This document shows positions 48,976 through 60,900 of a DNA stretch of 64,000 nucleotides, piece after piece. A program made the translations under genes and the position numbers. The stretch spans positions 18,071-82,070 of the forward strand of contig JAFZKY010000037.1 of NCBI GenBank assembly GCA_017551725.1, in the 5' to 3' direction. The stretch's first letter is position 1; each line of letters opens with the position of its first letter. The DNA is from Bacteroidales bacterium (GTDB lineage: Bacteria; Bacteroidota; Bacteroidia; Bacteroidales; WCHB1-69). The notes under the pieces are model-generated. The model did not search any database and was not told the origin of the DNA. It worked only from the letters and a program-made list of their open reading frames with translations.

Positions 48976-51900
48976 TTATCTGGTCACAACGAGTTTCTTG
49001 GAGATCTTGGCCTCGCCGCTCTGGACGCTCAAGAAGTAAACGCCAGGAGTGAGGTCAGCCGTCTGACGGTGATACGTGTACGTAGCAGCCTTCGTAGCGG
49101 AGATAGTCTCCTCGGAAACAACCTTACCGGCCAGCGTCACGATTCTGACAACTGCAGCACCCTCGAAGCCTTCGATGTTAGCATAGACATCGCCGGAAGT
49201 CGGGTTCGGGTAAACCTTGACCGTAGGTTCGTCAACCACGTTGAAGATTGGTTCGGGTTCGGGCTCAACAGCCGGAGACGGCGTGTAGTGCAGATCCTCA
49301 CCAGTAACCGTGAACTTCAAAGTATCGACAACCAACTCGGTAAGATGAGAGCCCGATGCAATGGAGTTGTGACCACCAATTATAAAGTTATGATTTCCAG
49401 CTGCATTAGTGGTATCAGGATTATAGTACAGGTCACCATGCAAATTGTAATTGTCGGTGGAGTAGAGTCTGTAGATAATCTTATACTCACCAGATCTCAA
49501 AGCAGGAGAAACCGTCTTGCTCACCTCACGATTATTCAAGAAATGCAAGAACACATCATCATAGATAAAGTTACCACCGGCCAAATTCTTATACGGGAAG
49601 TGGTTACCCTCATTCAAAGTGCTACCGAAATTAGCCTGAGCATAATCATAATGCGTTTCAGCATTCATAGGATGAAGGTCATACGTCAACCATTCGATAT
49701 AGTCTGTTGACATCCACTTCTGATAATTGGAACCCATACCTTGTTCTTCTTCCTTGAAGTAAACACCGATGGAGTCATTCGGAATGAGCTGATCGTTGTG
49801 ATAGAAGTCGAAAGTGACGAATACAAGATCATTACCATTCGTACACGGAGCACTGATCATCCAAGTATAGTTGAACTTGTTAGCAAGATCTGCAGAAGTG
49901 GTAGCATCCGGCAGTCTGTGCGTAACCGTTCCGTTCACATCCTTGAAGATGAATCTCGGAGCGTCGGAAGCTTCAATCGTGACACTGTCAGACTTGAACA
50001 GCTTGGAGTCCTTATCGGAAGTACCATTGATGTTGTAGGTAGAGTAACAGCCATGGCCATCCTTAACACTGACCGTGAAGGTGAATGTGGAAACATTTGC
50101 TGTATCAACATTGAAAGTGTATGTCGGGTTGGTAGCACCCACAATCGTATCACCATTCATGAACCACTGATAGCTTGCATAACCCGTCTCCGTCACGGAA
50201 AGCGTGGTGGAACCTTGTTGACAAATCGTGGTGTCACCAAGGATCACAGGAACAGGCAGCGTGTCAACGCGGGCGAAAGCGAATACCGTGTCAGCACCGC
50301 ACTCGTTCACCACGATGTAACGGATAGTAGCATTGTTGTAGCTGGTGTCGTACGGCTGACCGAAGACCAGAGTCTCATCGTTCGTGGTACCGGCCTTGGT
50401 AATCGTCCAGAGCTCGGTGGTATCCTTAGCCACGTTGATGTAGTTCATCGTCTTGGAAGCGAACGTGTCGCCAGAGCAGATGGTAAACTCGGTAGTCAAC
50501 AGTGTATCCGTAATTTCAGGAAGCTTCGTCACAACAAGTCTGACGGCAGCACAAGTATCAGCGCCACAACGAGTAGCAGCATAGTACTTGACGTTCGTAT
50601 CTTGAGTGATAGGCGTCGTTTCAGAAACTGGCACATATTCACCAGAAGCATTCTCAATCAACCAGCCCTGAGCCGTGATTCTGGAGGACTTGGTCGGCAG
50701 CGTGACAACAGGAGCCGTCACGATGAAGTCTGACAGCGGAGAACCGATACAAGTGTCAGTAGCAACCGGAGCGGTAACCACCGGCTTGCCTTCCACCACA
50801 ACCAGGAGGCTGTCGTTGATGACAGACTCACCACAATGGTTGGTGATGGTGAAGGCAACCAAAGCGCTATCATGTTCAGCGGCAATCTTAGTAGGCAGAA
50901 TATCAGACCAAGAAGCAGCATAAGTATGCGTACCGAAATCGTAAGTCTTGATGTAGCCAGTCACGACAGAATCCTTCGTGTTGTAAGCATTCAAGTTAAC
51001 AACCTCACCAACCTTGAAGTTCGGAGTTTCATCAATGCAGTAGTCTTGCTGTGCATTGTTGAAGGTGATGGTCGGCAGAGAATCAACATAGATTTCGAAG
51101 GTGTGCGTCTTGTTCGTTGCCGGACAATATACACTCTTAGCATAAACCGTTGCAACATAGACACCGTGAGGAGCTCTGATACCCGTGTTACCTTCAATCG
51201 TATCCGTACCCATACCAAAGTCAAATCTAGAATCTAATGAATAAATTATACTACTCATTAAAGCACTGTGAAGCGGATAAGCATACTGATCCAGATCAGG
51301 ATTGATGACATAATACAGGGAGTCTTGGGAAACACCGGCAAATTCATACGTAAACTTACGACTCACAAGATCATTCCAGCAAATGGTATCCTTATCATCC
51401 GGTGCAGTGAAGGTCAGTTTCACTGTATCATACACAAACACCTGGATAGAATCGGAGTAGTTGTATCCACAACGGGTCTCCACAGCGTAACGCAGATACT
51501 TACCATAATAATCCTTGGTCATCGGAGTGTTCACATCGAATGTAGCCCAAGAACCATTAACGTTGCTCTGCCATTCCTCGTTCAAGACAGGAGCGTTCGG
51601 CGTGGTGTAAGAAGGAGCAACAACGGTGAAGGTAGTGCCTTCGCAAACCGTGTCAACCTTAGGAGCACTGGTGAAGTGAGCCGTGTCAGCAATCGTAAAG
51701 CGGATCGTGTCATACTTCTCGCGGTCGCAAGCGGCCACAGCAGACTCAACCTTAATATAGATTTCACTCAAAACACCATCCGTGGCAACCTTCGGTGTAA
51801 TCGTAACGGTCGTCTCTTTTGCAGTAGCCGTCACATTCGAAGTGGAAGCCAACTCGAAATCGGTGGTGCTAGAAGGTGTAACTGTCAGCACATTGGACTT

Positions 51901-54900
51901 GTGAGTCGTAACCTTGAAGCTCATTGTACTACCATCAACACAAATAGTGTCAACCAAAGCAGTTCTGTCAACAACCAAGGAAGCGGTATCGTTCACAACA
52001 ACCTTAATGGTGTCAGAAGTGTTCGTACCACACTTGTTAGTGACTTCATACCAAACATTCTTGTTGGAGTCAACCATCGTAAGAGCAGTACCTGCGGTAT
52101 AATCAACACCATCCAACTTCAACACCGGAGTAGCTGTCAGCGGAGCCGTCGGAGTAGTGGTAACCGTAAGATGGAGGTCGCTCGTAATGTGGATAGAGTC
52201 ACCAACGCAGTACGTAATAGTAGCCGGAGTGAGCGTAGCAAACGGAACCGTGTCAACCACAACAGGAACAGCGTTCGAGTAGGAGGTACCGCAACGGTTG
52301 GTCACCTGATACTTGATGGAGTCACCATGGTTAACAATGTACAGAATCGTGGTAGGATCGAAGTCCACATAGTTGCCCGTACCATGCTTGATGAGCCAGC
52401 CTTCAGAGAGGATCTCACCGTTCTTAGCGTTGTACGTCGGTATGTTAAGACCTGTGATGGCATTGCCAGCGCAGATGCTGTCCGGATTGGCAACCTCGGC
52501 AACCACCGGCTTGTCAACGATGTAGAACTCAACCGTCTTCTTCTCAAACTTACAATTGCCAACCAAGTCAGCAGGAACTGTAGGCTCCTGGAAGGAATAG
52601 ATGTCAACGGAGGAGACACCCACATTGGCAGAGTCAGGCGTGATGGTATAGGTGTTGCCACTCTTGGCCACCTTGAAGTACACGGAATTGAACACCAGCG
52701 TGTCGGAGTTACCCGTGTTCACCGTGAAGGTAATATCACCCGTAGTACCAACACAGAGAGAATCAAATGTGTAAGCAAGATCCAGCTTAGCTGTGTTGTA
52801 AACCGTAAGCGTCAACTCATTGGAGTAGGAGGTTCCGCAAGCATTGGTAACAGCGTAACGGATAACACCGTTATTCATGCCATAGACAAACTTGTCGATA
52901 ATCGTATCCACACCACCCAGCTGCCAGGTACCTGTACAGGTAACACCGTTGCAGGTGTAAGCAGGAACCGTCAAGTCAAACACCGTGCTGTCGCAATACG
53001 GACTATTGGTCGTGATATCCGGAACGATAGGCAGAGAATCGATATTCAATGTGTAAGGTCCGAAAACCACAGTGTCACAATTGTTCACAGCGTAAGCATA
53101 CACAGTCTTACCACTATCGGCAAAATTCAAATTAGCCGTAGGATCGAAAGCAGCATCTGCGGAGTTGTAGTCCGTACCAAACTTCCAACCATAGTCGCTC
53201 GTGTACTTCACCTTGAGCATATTGTCCGTATGAAGCGGGTTGCCGTGGCATACATGACGCTCAATGTAAGTAGCATCAGAATCAACCGTGAGAACCGGAC
53301 TACTATTAATAATGATGTTGACAGTAAGGAAGCTGTCGCAACCATTAACAGCACCGTTGGCGAAAGTGTCAATTAACGTATGAGAGTTCGGACCACCTTC
53401 CACGAAGTAGAACTTATGCTCAATACCCTTCTGATCTCTGTAGATAGTGCTGTCACAAACAACCTGAGTGATCTGGTGATTTGCAACCGGCTTGATATTG
53501 ACATTCATATAGTCATGAGCGATACAACCGTTGTGGTCAACCAAGTTCACGCAATAGGAAATCTCCGTCGGGGCAGTATAGGTGTTAGCCGCAACATCGA
53601 CATGAGTACCAGCAACGTAAACAGGCTGTGTCCAGAAGATGGAATCGTAATCGGCAATCGGATTCGTGACACCAACCGTATAATCATTGTTCTCGCAGTT
53701 ATAGGCAACACCGTGGCTCTGAACAAAGATACGGGTAGGATTCTCGAAATAGAAGTGGACAACAGGAGTCGTGTCAATGGTAACAGCAACCGTCTTGGTT
53801 GTCACACAACCGGTGGCAAGACTGGTCACTTCAACCGTATATTCGCAGTGGAGACGTTCAGCAGAGGTGATGACATCCACACAGCTGGAATCGGAAAGAA
53901 CCGTCCACGGGAAGCAGTTGCAGGACCACAGATATCCATAGCCAAGCGTGTCGCTAGCAACCTGAGCCGTTACCTCAGCACACAAGGTAGCATTAGAATT
54001 CGGACAGAAGTTATATTCGCTGACGTTATTGTAACCCGTAGGAATAATAGAATCGATGATCGGAGCATTGTCATTGACCGTGTTGACAGCAGCCACGAAA
54101 GGACCATAGATACAGGCAGTGGTGGTATCCTTAACCCAGATGTTGTAGGTGCCGGCACCGAGCTGCTCGTAAACCATTTCACCCGTGTAAGCCATCGTGT
54201 CAGGCTGTGTGCTAGGAGCATCGGAGAAGGCGAATTGATAAACCGGAGTCGGAATATCGCTCGTCAAGCTGTCAATATAGAGACCGATAGCACCGTTATA
54301 CGGAGCAACACAGTACTCATTATCCTTGACATACGGATTCAACGTAACGTTGTAGTCTTTCTTGTTGACCGTGATCTGCAGCGGACCGGCAACAGGATAG
54401 GTACAATTGGTCGTGGTATCCCAAATGAGCACTTCGTGAACACCTTCCTTCAGGCCTTCGAAGACATTGCTGACCTGGTATTCACCACCGTCGATCTTGT
54501 AACGATAAACACCGTCGATGTTCGGGTTAACCATGTTCACCGTAACCGTACCATTGTAAGGAGCAAGGCAACGATCGTTGTCGGTGGAGTCAGCCGTAAC
54601 AGTGATGTCATCGTGGTGCAAAAGCACGCTGATGGTATCCTCAGCAGAACACTTGGTAATCGTATCATTCACCACCACTCTGTAGAGCATGTCTTTCAAG
54701 TGGTACATGGTGTAGGAGTCAGGATTGAAGTAGTTCACATCGATCTGGGCACCGGCATTGTCATAGAAGGAATAGGTGTAATGACGTGCCTGCGGTTTTT
54801 CAACCACAATGGTACCGTTACCCGGATGTTCGAACGTAGGAACACACATCGTGTTCGGAGTCTGGGAGAGAAGGAGCTCATAGATGTGAGCGCTATCGGC

Positions 54901-57900
54901 AACATTAACCGTACCCTCTGCAGAAACACAACCCTTGTTGGTAATCACATAGAATTTATAATCACCGCTATCCAGGTTGTTGAAGGTAGGCGTAATGCTG
55001 GTCAAAGTATCAGGTACATTGGAAACCAAGTAGTAGGTTACGTCAGCCACAGAAGATGTGATCGTAACGGAACCGTTCTTCTCAGGTTTACAATTGTAGT
55101 TAGCAGCCTTGGAGGCAACCGTAGCTGTCGGGATAACAGGAACATGGTTGATTGTAACATCCGTCGTATCCGTACAACCCGTCAGCGTGTTGTAAGCAGC
55201 CAGTCTGTAATCAGCATCCTTAAGACCAGTGATCGTGGTGGTCGTGCCATAAACGCTGTCAGCAATAAAGAGCGTGTAGATGCAGTTGGCTTCCGGAGTG
55301 ATCGTCACCGTACCATCATGAATTGTATCCGTACAATAGGTGTTGGCCGTAGTGGACACCGTAAACTTAGGAAGCATGGTGGAATCACCAACCGTAATGG
55401 CCAACTGGCCCGGACACTGCGTAGCATTGTGTTTCACGCTGATCGTGTACGTGCCATCATGCAGGTTGCTGAACACATTGGAAGGATTGATAGCACCGTC
55501 GATGTAGAACGTGAAGTCGGAAGTGGAGAGGTTGGTCACCGTGATGGAACCCGTACCAACAAAGTTGGCATTGTCGCACACGATATCCTTCGTCATATTA
55601 AACTCAATCGTGTCATATCTTGCTCTGGCATCCTCAACCACAACAGTATCCTCGCGGAAGCAACCCGTGGTGACATTGTATTTAATAACATTGTACTTAC
55701 CAGCATCCAGACCGTTCGTTGTACCGGTAAGAGGCTGATTGGAAACCTGGCAAATGTAATAGTTGTATCCAGCAGCCGGGGCGATGGTGATAGAACCGTC
55801 ATAGACAGTACAGCTGGTACGCGGAGTAGAAGTGTACTCACCCGTAGCAATCGTAATCGCGGCAGGATCGTCAACAATCGTGCAATTCGTATCGCTTTCG
55901 CAACCCGTGGCAATGTCACGAACCGTGATGGTGTAGGTACCGGCAGCAAGTCCGGTGTAAGCATGACCGGAAGTCGGAAGGATTTCCGTGGTACCCTGCA
56001 TAACCTTGTAAGTATAATGGGTATCATCTGTGTTGGTCAAAGAAATCGTACCATTCACCGTCGGAGGAGTAGCAATGGAAACGCAAGTAGGAAGCGTAGC
56101 CGTGCAAACCGTATTGTTGGTGAAGGCGAAGGTGGCCTTGGCAGGATTGACGATGTTGGAAGTAACCTCGAAGGTGAAGTCCTTGGCACAACCGAGATCA
56201 GACGTAACCGTCATGATATGGCTATTAGCATCAATCAGATTCACAAACTTGATGATGTTCGTACCATCATACGTGTAGGTAGAATCACCCATCTTATAAG
56301 TAAAGCCGTTGATCGGGTTGGTCACCGTGATAGAACCGTTCGGAGTGATAGCCTGGTCGCAAACAGAGTTCGGAACAGAATCGATCAGAGGTCTATCAGG
56401 ATCCTGCGTGGTCGTAGGAACATTGATAGGAGCGAACTGCTGACTACAAGCCGTCACCGTAGAAACGATAGCCAAGGTATAGTCACCACCATTCAAGGCA
56501 GCAAATGTCAAGTCACCACCATTACCGGTAAGTGTAACACCATTCAACGTGTATTCGAAATCGGTTCTGGAGTTTTGAATCGTGATAGCACCATTCGGAG
56601 ACACACAGCTCGTCTTAGGCGTGGTAGCGTAAGTAGGCAGTTCCGGAAGTTTCGTGCTGTCAGCCACAATCGTATTGTAGATGCTGTACGGACAATACTT
56701 GTCAGAAACAACCTGGATGAGATAGTCACCATTACGCAGACCTTCATATTTCAAATCACCAGAGGTGTAAACACGCTCAGAGTTCGGAACATTGATAATC
56801 TCATACGTGTAGTTCACTTGAGGATTGTTCACCGTGATGGTACCATCGTACGGATCAGCACAACGATAGTTCGGCGTACCCGTAGCGGTGGAGATAACCA
56901 AATTGGACGTAGAGTCAGCATTAACCGTAACCGTGGTGGCGTTCAGCGTCTCGCAGTCGTGATCAGACAACAAGTCAACATTATAGGTACCATTGTTGAG
57001 ACCCGTGTAAACATAGCTTGCATCGCGCCAAGTGGTATCGGTAGAGAGTTTGTATTTGTAACCCGTCGTGATGTTCGTCACAGAAATCGTACCATTGTAT
57101 TCATTGTTGACATTGTAAACAGACTTACAGAACTCATTCGGAGTGGAAGCCATCGTTACATCTGCAGCTGCCGGCAACGGATAAACCGTGACGTTGGCAG
57201 ACTTGGTAGCTTCGCAATCCATGGAATCCACCACAGACAACATGTAGGTGTGAACACCGGCCGTGGTCGGGGTAACCGTCAGGACAGCAGTTGTAGCCAG
57301 CGTGTCAGATCCCTCTGTCCAGGCGTATTTGAAAGTACCAACACCATTTTGGGTGCTCGGTGTAAGCGTAGCCGTGCCATTCAGACAGAAAGCAGTGTCA
57401 ACCACAGCGATATTGGTAATCGTAATATTGTCGGCAGGCAGGTTAGCATTAATCGTGAATGTGCTGGAGTTACCGCAATGGTCAGTAAGGGTAATCGTGA
57501 CAGCCTTGTTCTCGGTAATTTCCAAACCGGGTTGAGGATCTTGCGTCAACGTCATCGCACCAACCTTGTAGCAGTTATCAGAAACATTATTATTATTGAA
57601 GAGCGGGGTGAAGTCCGGAAGGAAGAACTTACAACCCGGCTGGCGAACCAACGTGGTATCGCTAATGATAGCGGAAGCATCCACAACAGGAGCGGTGGTG
57701 TCAACCACATCGAACGGGAATTCAGCCTCGGCCACACAACCCTTAATGTTCACAACCTTAACATGCGGATAGTAGGTGTAGTTACAGCTGTCAGGCAGGA
57801 TGTAAACACCCGTCGTGTCATTGTGAGAGTAAACATTTACACTCTCGCCAGACCATTCATAGGTAACACTGTTGTCACCCGGGATTCTGCCAACGGCGAC

Positions 57901-60900
57901 AGCCTCAACGGTCAGCACACCGTAGTTCGGACAAAGCGGGAAGGTAGCACCGTTACGAATATCTTCGTGGATGTAAACGGTAGGCAGGTTCCAAACATGA
58001 ACAGGATCAGAAGAATCCTTAGCCACACAACCGTACTTGTCAGTAACGGTAACCGTATAGACAAAGTTGGTGTCAGGCAGAGCCGGAATACCGAGAGCAT
58101 TCTGCCAAGTGTGGTGGATAATCGTACCGTCGTTCGGTCTGCCCGTCCATACGAAGGAGTACGGAGCGTGATTGTAACCGGCGATGGAATCCGTAGAGAA
58201 ACTCAAGTTAACGGTATCATAGAGACAGAGCTCATTTCTGTCGATGGAGACAGAACCATGTTTGATGTACATCGGTTCAGGACGTGCGAGCGTGGCAATC
58301 TTAACCTTTTCAGACTTGTTACCACATCTGTCGGTAACCTGAGCATAGATATCAACGCTGAGGGAGTCGGCGAAGATGTTCGTATTGGCACTTGCGAGAT
58401 CAGTGTTCAAACCATTGAAGTATTTGACAGAAGCCTCCAGCACAGTATCCGGAGTGCAGTTGTCATGAGCATTACCTTTTACAATATTGAAGAAGACGCT
58501 GTCATCCGGCATAACGTATGTACAATTCATAGCCGGAACAGGATCCACCTGAGCAGGCGTAACCGTCAGCGTCGGTCTCGTGGTATCCGTCACCGTGTAG
58601 GTCTCCACGTAGGTGGAGGTGTTGTTACAGTGGTCAGAAATCGTATAGGTACGCACGAGTCTAGAGGTGCAGGAATCACCAGAAACTGCGTCGCTGTGAG
58701 TAACACTGGTTTCCAGTTTACCGCAAGCGTCGGTGACCGTGATGCCGGCACCGGAAGTGAGAGCGGAAAGCGTGGTGTAAGCAGCAGGAACAATCACCGT
58801 GTTGCAACCATAGAGGTTGAAAGACTTGGAAGGAACAGAGACAACCGGGTGGGTGTCATCTTTCACATTCACAACAGCGGTGTCCGTGTTGGATTTACAA
58901 CCGTTGGCATCGGTCACGAAAACCATAGCCTTGTAAACTTTGCCCGTGCAATCATTGTCGCTCGTGGTAATCGTGTTGGTGTTGGTGGTGACAGAAGTGG
59001 TCACATCACCAGACCAAGTATAAGTATAAGCAGCCTTGGATGTCGTGGTCAGGCTGGCGGTCAAATCAACAGAAACGCCCGGACATACCGTAGAGGTCTT
59101 CGGGGCAACAGCCAAAACAGGATATTTGTAGAAATCGAAGGTGAAGGCCAGTTTCTGGTCAGAAATACAGGTCGTGGTCGGATTGTAGGAAGCCACATAG
59201 TATTTCACCGTCTTATAAACATTGGTAGCCGGTTTGATGCTGTTCATATCCACCGTGTAGCTGTTGGCGGTGTCAAGAGGATTGCCAGCTTCGTCGAACC
59301 AAACACAAACAGCACCCGCAGGAGCCGTGGCGGTCAGCGTGTAGGTGGCAGGGATGGAATCATTCAAACAGTAGGATTTGGAAGTCGTGGCCGGAAGAGT
59401 CGGCTGAGCAGGGATAGGATAAATGGTGATGGTGACATCAGCCGTGCTGGTACAGGTGACAACCACAACATTGTTAACCTTATGGTCTTCACCCACCGTA
59501 ACCGTATAGGTGCTGTCGCCAGCAGCCGTCGGCGTAACCTTCAGAACGTTGGCGGTACCCAGCGTGGTGGTATTGCCTTTCTTCACCCAAGCGTAGCTGT
59601 CGAAGCCCGTCGTGGCGGTCAGCGTGAACTCGGTACCCAGACAAGCGGCCGTAGGAGCAGCGGTAGCCGTGACGGTCGGGTTGTCATAAACGGTAACCGT
59701 AACGATGTCAAAGCTGTCTTTCGAGAAGCAGCCTGTCAGCGTGTCACTCTGATAGACATAGAATGTCTGGACACCTGCGGCGGTTGTGGACGGAGTAAGG
59801 GCAGTGCCCGTGATTTCCGTGGCGAACGTGTTGTCCAAAGCCCAATGCAGTTTGCAATCCTGAGCGGCGGTCACATTCTCATCAACCGGCGTGGCCGTTG
59901 CGCCAACGCAGTAATAGTAATTCGGGGTTCCGATGGTCGGCTTGCCCGGAATTTCATGTACTATATAGGTAATGGTGTCAATCGGGCCATCACAAATCAC
60001 AGTGTCTTCATTGAAATTGGCGTAGTAGTTCACCTGACGCACATAATAATAATAGGTATCAACCACCGTGGATGGAGTCGGCACAATGGTGTCGAACGTC
60101 GTTCCGTCGGTTGACCATTGGATTTGTTTCCAAGAAAGACCGGTAGCATCCGGAGTGGGGGAAGAAGCCAAGGCACCCAATTGGTCTTTGCTCAGACCTT
60201 CGCCGAAACAATTGTCAATACGATGCTGGCTCACTTGGACAACAGGGTTCTCACGCACATAGAGGTGCAGGGTATCGATAGCCGTCACCACGCAGTGACC
60301 ACCGCAAAGGGTGTCGATGAAAGCACACACATAGTTGCCCGTGGCGTCGAAGGACTTGGCCGGTTTGCCATACTCAAAAGAAGAACCGTCGCAAATCTCT
60401 TTGTCGAAGGCACCGTAGTTTTCAAACGGAGCAATGGAATCCGTGGCAACAATACTGCCAGGAGTACTCATGTGACCACCGATGTATTTGTCTTGGGTAT
60501 CATTCCAATAGAGATTCTCATAATCAGAACCACCCGTACGTTCACGGATGCTAATCACCAAAGAATAGTCGCCAATTTGTTTCCAGTTGATAATGATAAT
60601 ATTTTCAGTTTGCTCAAAAAACTCAGCATTGAAATAATCAAGATGTTGGGAGTAGATACCGGTATAGCCTCCGGCATACTGGTAATCATTCGAGTAGGAG
60701 AAAGTAGTATCAGGCGACATGGCACCCGGATAACCTTCCTTGCAGGCTCTTGTCTGTATCTGAGCATCGTAGCAACGCACGCCCTCTACAGGGACACCGT
60801 GTCCATCCAGCACTTGGCCGCCAAGCCACGGAATAGGGGTGTTTTGGTTGAGACGATTGTAGAAGGTGTAGATGCTGAAGTCGGCGTATTTGGACAACCG

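Noticed and set aside
53380-60114. A 2244-aa ORF on the plus strand, opposite the giant adhesin gene. It continues in the same frame as 51268..53376 and 60118..61185, interrupted only by single stops.
   Set aside because: The frame is exactly codon-aligned antisense to the minus-strand gene (both register to coordinate = 1 mod 3). Stops can therefore arise only where the sense gene uses TTA, CTA or TCA, and this genome almost never uses those codons. The translated product is low-complexity R/N/V/G/I/S/T-rich with no signal, motif or start context. The sense strand has clear domain structure, a signal peptide and a CTD.
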